Shown here piece by piece: positions 38,310-47,518 of a stretch of DNA of 64,000 nucleotides. Source of the stretch: Verrucomicrobiota bacterium (GTDB lineage Bacteria; Verrucomicrobiota; Verrucomicrobiia; Opitutales; Opitutaceae); the NCBI GenBank assembly GCA_048498075.1, contig JBEHYR010000007.1, forward strand, positions 39,949-103,948. The letters are read 5' to 3'. The notes below the pieces were generated by a model. The model saw only the letters and a program-made list of their open reading frames with translations, was not told the origin of the DNA and did no database searches. How positions within the stretch are numbered: position 1 is the stretch's first letter; each line of letters begins with the position of its first letter. The translations under genes and the position numbers were made by a program.

Positions 38310-39818
38310 ATGTCGCAGAGCGATCAGAAGACTCTCCTCACCACCAACCGCAAGGCCCTCACGATCAATCTCGACGAGCCGAAATACGGCACGTTCGCCG
38401 AGATCGGCGCCGGCCAGGAAGTCGCCCGCGTGTTCTTCCAAGCCGGCGGCGCCTCGGGCACGATCGCGAAAACGATCTCCGCCTACGACATGGCGTTCAG
38501 CGACGCCATCTACGGCAAGGCCCCGCGCTACGTCTCCCGCGAGCGCCTCAGCCTCATGCTCGAGCACGAGTACAACCTCCTCATCGAGCGCCTCGCCGCC
38601 TCGCGCGGCGACCGCACCACCTTCTTCGTTTTCGCCGACACCGTCGCGGCCCGAAATTACAAGGGCACCAACGAAGCCCACGGCTGGATGGGCGTTCGCT
38701 TCCAAACCGAACCCGGCGGCGTGCCCAACGAAATCGTCATCCACGTCCGCATGTGGGATAAGGAAAACGTCCTCCAGCAAGACGCCCTCGGCATCGTCGG
38801 CACCAACCTCATCTACGGCGCCTTCTACTATCGCGACGACCCGCGCAAGTTCACCGAGTCGCTCCTCGATAACCTCAGCGCCGACCGCATCGAGGTCGAC
38901 ATGCTCAAGTTCAGCGGCGCCGCATTCGGCCACGTCGACAACCGCCTGATGTCGCTCTATCTCGTCCAGTTCGGCCTCACGAACGCCGTCATGTTCGGCG
39001 CCAACGGCGAGGTTCTCCAGCCCTCGGAAATCCTCTACAAAAAAGCCATCCTCGTCGAACGCGGCAGCTTCCGCCCCGTCACCCACGTCAACGTCGACAT
39101 GCTCAACTGCGCCTCCGCGCAGTTCGTCCAGGAACCCCTCGTGAAAGGGAAGGACATCGTCGTGATCATGGAGATCACGATGAACAACCTTCTCGCCGCC
39201 GGCTCGCTCGACGCCCAGGACTTCCTCTCCCGCGTGGACCTCCTCGCCGAACTCGGTTTCACCGTCCTCATCTCGAACTACTCCGAGTATTTCCGCCTCA
39301 CGTCCTACTTCCGCCGTTACACGAAGGAGATGATCGGCGTCGCGATGGGCATCAACAACCTCCTCGAGATCTTCAACGAGAAATACTACGAGAACCTCGA
39401 AGGCGGCATCCTCGAATCCTTCGGCCGGCTCTTCCGCCACTCGGTGAAACTCTACGTCTACCCGATGCGCCAGGACGCCTACGGCCACTACCTCAACTCC
39501 GCCCCGACCGCGCCCGCGCCCACCGCCACCGCCGCGAATTCCTTCGCTGCCTCCGTCCTGATCAACGCGAAAAACGTCCAGGTCGTCGACCATCTACGCA
39601 ACCTCTACAATCACCTCCTCGAGAACCACTACATCGAGTGTATCGTCGGATTCGATTCGAGCATCCTGCACATCTTCTCCCGCGACGTCCTCCGCCGGAT
39701 CAAGGAACGCGATTCGACCTGGGAGCAAATGGTCCCCGAATCCGTCGTCAGCGCGATCAAGAAGCGCCACCTCTTCGGCTACAGCGAAACCGCCGCCGCC
39801 TCGACGCCCGCCGCCTGA
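38310..39818 (+). CDS. Conserved cytoplasmic protein with a degenerate nucleotidyltransferase-like C-terminal domain
   Basis: YGTFAEIGAGQEVAR, AKTISAYDM, GSFRPVTHVN; no signal peptide or beta-barrel pattern. Confidence 0.7.
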   Translation: MSQSDQKTLLTTNRKALTINLDEPKYGTFAEIGAGQEVARVFFQAGGASGTIAKTISAYDMAFSDAIYGKAPRYVSRERLSLMLEHEYNLLIERLAASRGDRTTFFVFADTVAARNYKGTNEAHGWMGVRFQTEPGGVPNEIVIHVRMWDKENVLQQDALGIVGTNLIYGAFYYRDDPRKFTESLLDNLSADRIEVDMLKFSGAAFGHVDNRLMSLYLVQFGLTNAVMFGANGEVLQPSEILYKKAILVERGSFRPVTHVNVDMLNCASAQFVQEPLVKGKDIVVIMEITMNNLLAAGSLDAQDFLSRVDLLAELGFTVLISNYSEYFRLTSYFRRYTKEMIGVAMGINNLLEIFNEKYYENLEGGILESFGRLFRHSVKLYVYPMRQDAYGHYLNSAPTAPAPTATAANSFAASVLINAKNVQVVDHLRNLYNHLLENHYIECIVGFDSSILHIFSRDVLRRIKERDSTWEQMVPESVVSAIKKRHLFGYSETAAASTPAA

Positions 39819-39846
39819 GAACCCATCCGGATATTCGGTGAACGAT

Positions 39847-39917
39847 GTAGCGGCGGTCCGTGACCGCCGGCTCGACCACGATTCTCCTCGAACCTGGTGG
39901 TCACGGACCGCCGCTAC
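39847..39917. repeat. Inverted REP doublet (GTAGCGGCGGTCCGTGACCGCCG family)
   Basis: Arms at 39847-39869 and 39895-39917; relative at 52534-52603. Confidence 0.85.
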
Positions 39918-39984
39918 CTTGTCGCTCCATCTCCGGATCGGTTCAGGCGTTTCAAAAAAATTCGTTGGCCACACCCTTTGCGAG

Positions 39985-40161
39985 GTCGGGCGCGTTATCC
40001 CGAACGCGCCGATCGGGTTGACGAATGCCCCCGGAGCGCAGGTCACGAACAACCCGCCTTCCTTCCGATTGCCGCCTAATTTTTAGCCACCCGCGTTTCG
40101 CCCCGCTGCCTCCCGCCTCGGAACGTAAATCGAGTCGATGTAGGAGCCTGCTTGCAGGCGA
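39985..40161. repeat. Single REP hairpins: GTCG-GGCGCGTT..AACGCGCC (39985-40010) and family A (40140-40161)
   Basis: Direct match to other copies in the window. Confidence 0.75.
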
Positions 40162-40280
40162 TGTTTGATCCTCGGGTTCCTGCGAAACGCGCAGCCGCCG
40201 TTCGTCAGCTGCGCAGGGAAGATTTCATTTTCCCGCTGCTCTGCCCGTTCTCCGCCGTTCAACGGCGGGATTCAGGTCCA

Positions 40281-40518
40281 TCACGGCAAAATCTCCAACG
40301 TCAGCCCGTAATCCCGATAGCCGACGCTTCTAACCCACCGGCTCGCGATCCGAAAAAACGACGGCCCGATATTCGCCCCGCAGCCAATTCCGCATGCGAT
40401 CAGCCAGCGCTTCGACCGTCATCGGATTCCGGTGGCCTTCGTCGCGAATCAGCTGGTGATTCCATTCGGCCACCAAATCGACGTCGGCCTCGGATGCCTC
40501 CCGCCAAATCGGTTTCAT
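40281..40518 (-). pseudogene. GNAT acetyltransferase with an internal deletion and frameshift
   Basis: MKPIWREASEADVDLVAEWNHQLIRDEGHRNPM...EPVG* is followed immediately, in another frame, by RSVGYRDYGLTLEILP*. Confidence 0.7.
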
Positions 40519-40575
40519 GTTTTCCACGCCGGAGCAGTTAGCGACGATGCACCGTGGGAAGCGGCCGCTTTTTCA

Positions 40576-41013
40576 TCAAGGCCGGATTGCCTCCTGTTTC
40601 TCCCGAAGCGCCTTTTCCTTTTCTCGCAACGCGCGCCGCGACGCGACGTCGTCCGCGATGGCTTGGAGTCGAGCCTCATTCGCCCCGGCGACCGCGATCA
40701 GGAAGGTGAGCTGTCCCCCCTTTTCTGCCTCAGCGGCAGCATCGCGACGCATCATTTGACACCGAATCGAATCCCCGACCGCGTAACGCTTCTGCAGAGG
40801 AATCGGCGTGGTGACCACCACCTCGTGGTCTTTCCATCGCACGAGATACGCGACATAGTCCGCGCCGTCCTCCCGAAAAGAGAGATCCTTGATGACTTTC
40901 GAGGTGAATGTCTCGCCCGCCCAGCCCGATTCCCGGACATAATCCTCTGCTGCGAAAGCAGCGATGGTTCCGCACGCCAAGAAAAGAGCGGCGGTGAATA
41001 GCTGTGTTTTCAT
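40576..41013 (-). CDS. Secreted hypothetical protein
   Basis: Signal peptide MKTQLFTAALFLACGTIAAFA; charged C-terminal helix. Confidence 0.7.
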   Translation of the reverse strand: MKTQLFTAALFLACGTIAAFAAEDYVRESGWAGETFTSKVIKDLSFREDGADYVAYLVRWKDHEVVVTTPIPLQKRYAVGDSIRCQMMRRDAAAEAEKGGQLTFLIAVAGANEARLQAIADDVASRRALREKEKALREKQEAIRP

Positions 41014-41177
41014 GTTGGAAAAATGTTACTCCGCTCAGTCGGAGATCGGTAACGACCGCTCCCGATCATTAGCACGGGCCCCTCATTTGGCGATAGTCAG
41101 ATTGTCGGCCCGACCCGTAGAGGTATCGACGTTGGCTCCGCTGGAACGCCCGCCCTTGTCCGCGATCGCCCAGATGC

Positions 41178-41828
41178 TCAGGGCGCCGCCGCTCCCGCGT
41201 CCATTCGCCCCGATGTGCCATCGGCCTTTTTTGTTTCGGATCGCACCTCGTAACCAAGCGCCACCATGCCGTTCTTGTAGCCTTTCACCTCGGTCAGGTG
41301 CAGGGCGACATCGCGGTCGAGTTGGTCGAAGAAGGAAATCCCGTCCCCGATCAACACCGGCAGAATCGAATAACGCAGCTCGTCCGCCAGCCCGAGACGA
41401 AGACACTCGCCGGCCACCGCACCTCCGCCGACGAACCAGATGTTGCGAAACGCGGGCCGCAATCGCCCGTTCACGAACTCCGCCAGATCGCCCGAGTAGA
41501 ACTCCACCGTCGGTCGCGTCCGCGACAGCGTGCGAGTCGTGAGCACCCAAACCGGTTTGTCGCCATACGCCCACCCGAAGCCCCGGGTTTCAAACCCCAC
41601 CGCGGTCTCATAGGTTTTTGAGCCCATCACATAACAATCGATCGATTTGAGAAAAGCCTCGACGACTCCCGGATCCAACGTCTCTCCGCCGACGAATTCG
41701 TCGCACGTCTCGAGCCAGTCGACGCGCCCATCCTTTCGCGCGATGAAGCCATCGAGGCTCGCGGCCATGTGAATCGTGACCCGGCCTCGGGCCGGCGACC
41801 GACGCAGCTCTTCAGTGACTGCTTCCAC
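41178..41828 (-). CDS. Dihydrofolate reductase / RibD C-terminal family protein
   Basis: HMAASLDGFIA, MGSKTYE, IWFVGGG, GLADEL, PVLIGDGISFF. Start codon uncertain. Confidence 0.88.
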   Translation of the reverse strand: MEAVTEELRRSPARGRVTIHMAASLDGFIARKDGRVDWLETCDEFVGGETLDPGVVEAFLKSIDCYVMGSKTYETAVGFETRGFGWAYGDKPVWVLTTRTLSRTRPTVEFYSGDLAEFVNGRLRPAFRNIWFVGGGAVAGECLRLGLADELRYSILPVLIGDGISFFDQLDRDVALHLTEVKGYKNGMVALGYEVRSETKKADGTSGRMDAGAAAP

Positions 41829-42090
41829 AGGAATGTCCCGAACTACAGGAGTGATGCGCTCCGCACGAGTGATGGCCGCTGCCGTCGGGCCCGCCGGGCC
41901 CGCCCTGATGATGCGAATCGCCGGGCGTCCCCGGGTCAGGCGCGTGGTGATGCGCCGAGGCGCCGTGTGAATCGAACAAGCCCGTGAACCACGCCACGAA
42001 AGAAGACGACTCGCCACTCGCGTCGGGCCCGGAAGAAACGTCGGGGCCGCCGGCAATCGCTCTCTTCGCATTTCGTTTTTTTGAAAACAT
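41812..42090 (-). CDS. Small His/Gly/Ser/Cys-rich protein (92 aa)
   Basis: GGAGG RBS 4 nt before the ATG; ends HHSCGAHHSCSSGHSCGSSH. Confidence 0.55.
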   Translation of the reverse strand: MFSKKRNAKRAIAGGPDVSSGPDASGESSSFVAWFTGLFDSHGASAHHHAPDPGTPGDSHHQGGPGGPDGSGHHSCGAHHSCSSGHSCGSSH

Positions 42091-42226
42091 GAAACCTCCG
42101 TTTTTTCCGCGAACGTTTCTATCGTCTCCTGCTCATCGAATCTTCGCCGTGCGTCCACACGAGCTACGACCCGGCCCAAGTGCAAGCCCGGGACGTAACC
42201 ACGACCCGCTCTCCGCTTGCGTCCCG

Positions 42227-42697
42227 TCAGGCTCTTTTGCGGCTGAGCACATATAAAATCGTCATCTTGCCCTCCTCCCAAACCTCGATCGAAAGCCCGT
42301 CCCCCGCCAACTCCAGCCGCAACAGCACCTCTTGTGGATTGTCATCGTCGGGAATCTGAAAATGTCGCGCCCGGATTTCCGCCACATCGTCTCTCGCGCT
42401 CGCATCGAGAATCTCGAAGCGCGGATTCAAGGCCCCGCCGCGGGCCACCAGCACCGAGTTGCTCACGTTGAGAAACGCCATCAACGGCTTTCCGTATCTC
42501 TTGTGCATGGGCGCGAGCGACGCGCCGATTTTGCGAAACCGCTCCCGCTGCTCCGCCGTTCTCGCTCGTCGGGGCCACTCGAGCGCGGTCGCTTTTTCGT
42601 CGAAAAACCAGCGCCCCAGAAACCGCGGCGGCAGCTCCCGGCCGAAACTGCCGCCAGCCATCCCCGCCATGAACAGCACGATGATCGACAACCTCAT
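42227..42697 (-). CDS. Secreted hypothetical protein
   Basis: Signal-like N-terminus MRLSIIVLFMAGMAGGSFG. Confidence 0.6.
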   Translation of the reverse strand: MRLSIIVLFMAGMAGGSFGRELPPRFLGRWFFDEKATALEWPRRARTAEQRERFRKIGASLAPMHKRYGKPLMAFLNVSNSVLVARGGALNPRFEILDASARDDVAEIRARHFQIPDDDNPQEVLLRLELAGDGLSIEVWEEGKMTILYVLSRKRA

Positions 42698-42900
42698 GAT
42701 TTTTGCCCGGGAGACACCTTCGACTCACAGCTCTGCTCTCTGCGGTTGGCAAGGTTTCATCGCGAACGCTCACCGGCCTTCTCCCGCGCGTCGTCGCGAA
42801 TCGATCCCGCATCGATCGCGCGCAGCCGTGTCATTCTGCCGCGAAATTTTTTCCGTGTATTCCATGGTTTCCGTCGGCAATTTCTCGCCTCCACGTCCCC

Positions 42901-43764
42901 ATGCGCTTCCACAAATACCACGCCCTCGGCAACGACTACATCGTCCTCGATCCGCGCGACTTTCCCGCCTGGACGCCCGCGCCGAGCGTCGAGCAGATTC
43001 GCGTGATCTGCCACCGCAATTTCGGCGTCGGCTCCGACGGCATTCTCTGGGGCCCGCTCCCGTCGACGACGAGCGACTTCGGCCTGCGCATCTTCAACCC
43101 CGACGGCTCCGAAGCCGAAAAATCCGGCAACGGCCTGCGCATCTTCTCCCGTTATCTCTGGGACCAGTCGCTCGCTAAAAACCCTTCCTTCACCGTCGAG
43201 ACTCCCGGCGGCCACGTCCAATCCGTCATCAAGGAAAACGGCCGCCTCATCACCGTCGCGATGGGCAGCGTGAGTTTCGCCTCGGACAAAATTCCCGTCG
43301 ACCTCCCCGGCGCCCCGCGCGAAGCGATCAACGGAAAAGTCGCCGTCCTCGACCGCGAGTTCACCTTCTGCGCCGCCACGATCGGCAACCCGCACTGCGT
43401 CATACCGGTCGGCGACGAACTCTCCCCCGCGCTCGCGCATCGCTACGGCCCGCCCCTCGAGACGCACCCGCTCTTCCCGCGGAAGACCAATGTCCAGTTC
43501 CTCCGCGTCCTCGACCGCGCCAACATCCAGATCGAGATCTGGGAGCGCGGCGCCGGCTACACCCTCGCCTCCGGCAGCAGTTCCAGCGCCGCCGCCGCCG
43601 TCGCCCACCGCCTCGGCCTCGTCGATCGCAACGTCACCGTGCACATGCCCGGCGGCCAGATCGGCATCGAGATCGGCGACGGCTTTTCGATCATGATGAC
43701 CGGCACCGTCAACAAAGTCGCCACCGGCGCGATGCACCCCGAACTCTTCGCGGTGAAAGTCTGA
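42901..43764 (+). CDS. Diaminopimelate epimerase-like protein (both catalytic Cys replaced by Ser)
   Basis: KYHALGNDY, GVGSDG, NPDGSEAEKSGNG, GNPHCV, WERGAGYTLASGS. Confidence 0.85.
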   Translation: MRFHKYHALGNDYIVLDPRDFPAWTPAPSVEQIRVICHRNFGVGSDGILWGPLPSTTSDFGLRIFNPDGSEAEKSGNGLRIFSRYLWDQSLAKNPSFTVETPGGHVQSVIKENGRLITVAMGSVSFASDKIPVDLPGAPREAINGKVAVLDREFTFCAATIGNPHCVIPVGDELSPALAHRYGPPLETHPLFPRKTNVQFLRVLDRANIQIEIWERGAGYTLASGSSSSAAAAVAHRLGLVDRNVTVHMPGGQIGIEIGDGFSIMMTGTVNKVATGAMHPELFAVKV

Positions 43765-43950
43765 GCGCCGCCCGTCCGCGCTCATCGCCCGTCATCTTGC
43801 TGCATTGTCCGTCTCCTCTGCTCTCGAGGCGTGGCGCGCTACGCCCCAAGTGCACGATCCCGCCGACAACCCTGCGAAATCTCCCGTCATTCTGAGACCC
43901 GAATCGACGCCGAGCCGTTGGTGGCATCCGCCGATGAACTCTCACATGCC

Positions 43951-44046
43951 TGTCATTCTGAGCGCAGCGAAGAAGCCATTTGGACGTTCGCACGCGTGTC
44001 GTGCCACGCAGCGCGCACTGGATTCTTCACTTCGTTCAGAATGACA
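43951..44046. mobile_element. 96-bp non-autonomous palindromic element (TGTCATTCTGA...TCAGAATGACA)
   Basis: 27-bp imperfect inverted arms plus a 42-bp spacer; reverse-complement copy at 52678-52773; extra partial arm at 44066-44086. Confidence 0.75.
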
Positions 44047-44238
44047 AACCGGGCGGTTCGTCAGCAGCGCAGCGAAGAAGCCATTTCGACTCCCGCTCGG
44101 TAACAATCGCCCGACCTCTCAATGGCCCCATCGCCATGCAGGAGCCTGCTGGCAGTCGATTCCGCGCCCGGTCGTCTTCATCGCTCCCCCGCGAATTCGG
44201 TTTGCCCGCCCCTCCGTGCACCCTAGCCTCGGCCCTCT

Positions 44239-45756
44239 GTGATTGGCCGCCTCGCCGACCTCTTCCGCCTCGCGTGGGGCCTCCTCTATTGGAATACCCG
44301 CAAATCCTGGTTTCGCCTCCGCCGCGGCCGGGTGCGCTGTCCGTGCCAGAGCCCCAGTGATTCCGGCCGCGCGTTCGAGACCATCTGCGAAGCCTCGCTG
44401 AGTTGGAATAACCAAGCCGCCTTCCACCGCGTTTGCCCGCTTCTCGTCTCCACGCCCGATGGCCTCCGCTGCTCGGTGGATACCGCCGACGTTCGCCCGT
44501 TCTGGCGTCGCGCCATCGCCTACTATGGCGTCACCGCACTCGCGCTCTATCTCGCCGCCGCCGTCGCGCTTTTCGTTTTCCTGCGCACGGTCGGCTATCC
44601 GATCAGCATCGTCCACCTCGTCTGGCCCGGATCCTGGCATCACGTCGGCGAGGTGCGCGGTTGGTTCTTCCTCGATCGGTCGAACCGCGCCTTCGCCGCC
44701 GGCCGCCCCGCCGAGGGCATGCTCTATCTCGCCAACGCCTACGAGTTCAACCCGACCGACTACCGCGTCGCCGCCACGCTCGCCCAAAAACTCCAGCTCA
44801 ACAATCCCCACCGCTCCGACGCGATCTATCAACGCCTCCTCCGCGAACATCCCGCCGAGCGCGCCGCCACCGCGCAAACCTGGTTTCGCGCGCTCCTCGC
44901 CCGCGGCGATTTTCCCGCGATCGAGCAACTCGCCTCCGCCGAACTCCTCGCCGATCCCAATCATGCGGCCGTGTGGCTGCGCGCTTTCATTTTCGCGAAT
45001 CGCCAAACCGCCGCCCTCGGCCCCCTCGACGAACTCATCGGCTCCCCAGCGCCCCAAGCCAGATCCTGGAATCCGCTCCTTTCGATCGAACGAGACCTCC
45101 GTACCGGCCACGTCTCCCGCGCCCTCGCCGCCCTGAAACGCCCCTGGTCGAAAGCGCCGCCCTACGCCCTCTTTTATCAAATCGGCGAACTCATCGCACA
45201 CGACCAAGCCCTCCTCGCCGTCGACCTCGTGGGCAGCTACCAGAGCCGCCTCGACGACACCGCGCGCGCCACGCTCCTCCTCGACGCCTACGCCGCGCTC
45301 GACGCCGACCGCACGCGCGAACAGCTCGTCGACTCGCTCCTCGCGCCGCCCCTCAACCTTCCCACGATCAACCTCCTCGCCGCGCACCTCATCCGCCACC
45401 CCGACCCGACGCTCCTCGACCACCTCTTCGCGAAGTTCACCCGCGAGAAACCGCCCGTGGTCGACGACACGCTCGAAACCTACCTCGCGCTCTTCTGCGC
45501 CGCCGGCGCCAGCGGCGACTGGCACAAACTGCACCTCATCTCCGGCGCGCTCCGGCGCGACGGCGGCGGCAACTCGCTGACCCTCGGCCTCGCCGAGAGT
45601 TTTTTCCGCGGCCTCACCCCGCAGACGCGCATCGCCGGCCTCCTCTCTGCTCTCCCCACCACGCTGGAGATCCACTACGCGCTGCTCGAACGTTATCCCG
45701 GCAATGCCCGCGGCTCCGCCAACCAGCCCGCCGCCGTTCCCGCGCGCAAGCCATGA
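44239..45756 (+). CDS. Exosortase-linked membrane-anchored helical-repeat (TPR-like) protein with a Cys-rich N-terminus
   Basis: RCPCQSPSD..C..C..C, one TM, then alpha-helical repeats; ATGA-coupled to the exosortase. Confidence 0.65.
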   Translation: MIGRLADLFRLAWGLLYWNTRKSWFRLRRGRVRCPCQSPSDSGRAFETICEASLSWNNQAAFHRVCPLLVSTPDGLRCSVDTADVRPFWRRAIAYYGVTALALYLAAAVALFVFLRTVGYPISIVHLVWPGSWHHVGEVRGWFFLDRSNRAFAAGRPAEGMLYLANAYEFNPTDYRVAATLAQKLQLNNPHRSDAIYQRLLREHPAERAATAQTWFRALLARGDFPAIEQLASAELLADPNHAAVWLRAFIFANRQTAALGPLDELIGSPAPQARSWNPLLSIERDLRTGHVSRALAALKRPWSKAPPYALFYQIGELIAHDQALLAVDLVGSYQSRLDDTARATLLLDAYAALDADRTREQLVDSLLAPPLNLPTINLLAAHLIRHPDPTLLDHLFAKFTREKPPVVDDTLETYLALFCAAGASGDWHKLHLISGALRRDGGGNSLTLGLAESFFRGLTPQTRIAGLLSALPTTLEIHYALLERYPGNARGSANQPAAVPARKP

Positions 45757-47387
45757 GCGCCACCGCCGCCACACCGCCCGCCGCCGCGCTCATCGCATCG
45801 CCCTTCCGCGCCCTCCCGTGGCTCGCCCGGTGCAACCTCCTCGCCGTCGCCCTCCTCGCCGCCGCACTCACCGCCCTGCTCTGGCCGCACTGGCGCGACA
45901 ACGCCGATCTCTCCCACGCCTTCTTCATGCCGGCGATTTTTCTCTATCTGCTGCACGAGGCGCGCACCGGCACGCCGCGCTTCATTTCGTCTTCCCGCAC
46001 GGTCACGCTCGGCGCGAGCGCGCTGCTGCTGCTCGCCCTCCTCGCCCTCATCGCCAGCGGCCTCTACGCCGCCGCGCTCGACTGGACGCACTCGCTCGTC
46101 GCCTGCACGCTCACCATCGCCTTCGCCGGCCTGCTCGCCGCAAGCCTCGTCGTGTTCGCCTCCGCCCGCGTGCGCTTTCTCCCGCTGAACTGGCCGGCCT
46201 GCGCCGCCGTCGGCCTCTGGTTGCTCAGCACGCCGATCCCGCCCGGCACCTACACGCAGCTCACGCTTCGCCTGCAATTGATGGTCACGGAAAACGTCCT
46301 CCGCGCGCTCCACCTCCTCGGCATCGCCGCCAGCCGCTCGGGTAACGTCATCGATCTCGCCACCACGTCGGTCGGCGTCGAAGAAGCCTGCAGCGGCATT
46401 CGCAGCCTCGTCTCGTGCCTCTTCGCCGGGATTCTTTTTTCCGCCACGCTCGTCCGCCGCCCGTGGGCGCGCGCCCTCCTCATCGCGCTCGCCGGCCCGC
46501 TCGCCATCGCGATGAATTTCTTCCGTTCGCTCACGCTGACGCTCCTCGCGAACGCCGGTATCGACATCTCCGGCACGTGGCACGACGTCACCGGCTTCGC
46601 CGTCCTCGGCCTCACCGCTCTCCTCCTCGGCGCCCTCGCCCTCCTCCTCGCCCGCGGCGAAACGTCCTTCGCCCAAACTCAAAACTCAAAACCCGCACCC
46701 GCCGCACCCGCCGCGCCCTCGACGGCGGCTCACCGCCTCCTCGCCGCCGGCCTCGCCGTCGCCGTCGCGCTCGCGATTTTTTTCTACGCCAACACCCGTC
46801 CCTCGCTCCGCCAGAGTCTCCCCGTCCCGAATCTCGCCGCCATCCTGCCGACTCACGCCGACGGCTGGCACGTCGAGACCGCGCGCGACCTTTACCAATT
46901 CAGCGCGACGCTCCACACCGACCACCTCGCGCAACGCACCTATCTTCGCTCCACGCCGCACGGCGTCGAGCAGCTCACCGTTTATCTCGCCTACTGGCGC
47001 CCGGGCCAGGCGCCCGTGAGTCTCGTGGCTTCGCACACCCCCGACGCCTGCTGGCCGGGCAGCGGCTGGACGCCCGCCGTCCCCGAGCAGACGCGCGCAG
47101 CGCTCCCGATTTCCGGATACACGCTGCCCGAGGCCGAAGCGCGGCTCTTCAAAAGCGGCGACTTCCCCCAATACGTCTGGTTCTGGCATCTCTACGACGG
47201 CCGTCCCATCGCGTTTCGCGATCCCTACTCGGCGCGCGCGCTCCTCGCGATCGCGTGGCACTACGGTTTCACCCACGACGGCGATCAGCTCTTCGTCCGC
47301 GTGTCCAGCAACCGTCCCTGGTCCGCGTTCGCCCAGGAACCGCTGCTCCGCGAAATCTTTTCCCGCCTCCAACCTCTCGGCCTCTGA
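45753..47387 (+). CDS. Exosortase fused to an EpsI-like C-terminal domain
   Basis: VEEACSGIRSL, MNFFRSL, WHDVTG; SHTPDACWPGSGW in the C-terminal domain. Confidence 0.88.
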   Translation: MSATAATPPAAALIASPFRALPWLARCNLLAVALLAAALTALLWPHWRDNADLSHAFFMPAIFLYLLHEARTGTPRFISSSRTVTLGASALLLLALLALIASGLYAAALDWTHSLVACTLTIAFAGLLAASLVVFASARVRFLPLNWPACAAVGLWLLSTPIPPGTYTQLTLRLQLMVTENVLRALHLLGIAASRSGNVIDLATTSVGVEEACSGIRSLVSCLFAGILFSATLVRRPWARALLIALAGPLAIAMNFFRSLTLTLLANAGIDISGTWHDVTGFAVLGLTALLLGALALLLARGETSFAQTQNSKPAPAAPAAPSTAAHRLLAAGLAVAVALAIFFYANTRPSLRQSLPVPNLAAILPTHADGWHVETARDLYQFSATLHTDHLAQRTYLRSTPHGVEQLTVYLAYWRPGQAPVSLVASHTPDACWPGSGWTPAVPEQTRAALPISGYTLPEAEARLFKSGDFPQYVWFWHLYDGRPIAFRDPYSARALLAIAWHYGFTHDGDQLFVRVSSNRPWSAFAQEPLLREIFSRLQPLGL

Positions 47388-47425
47388 TCTGCTCCGTCCT
47401 GCGCACCCGCTCTCCGAAAATTGCG

Positions 47426-47518
47426 ATGCCGCTCCCGCTCACCCGTCTCGAACGCCGGATTCTCGGCATCCTCGCCGCCCTGATCGTGCTCGGCCTCATC
47501 GGCCTCGCCGTGCTGTGA
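47426..47518 (+). CDS. 30-aa single-TM small protein
   Basis: MPLPLTRLERRILGILAALIVLGLIGLAVL*; GC3-rich codons. Confidence 0.5.
   Translation: MPLPLTRLERRILGILAALIVLGLIGLAVL

Noticed and set aside
38310-39818. TonB-dependent receptor label
   Set aside because: No signal peptide, plug or beta-barrel pattern; too short
44433-47387. 984-aa ORF containing the exosortase
   Set aside because: The Arg/Pro-rich front is an alternate frame of the 44239 gene; the exosortase starts at 45753
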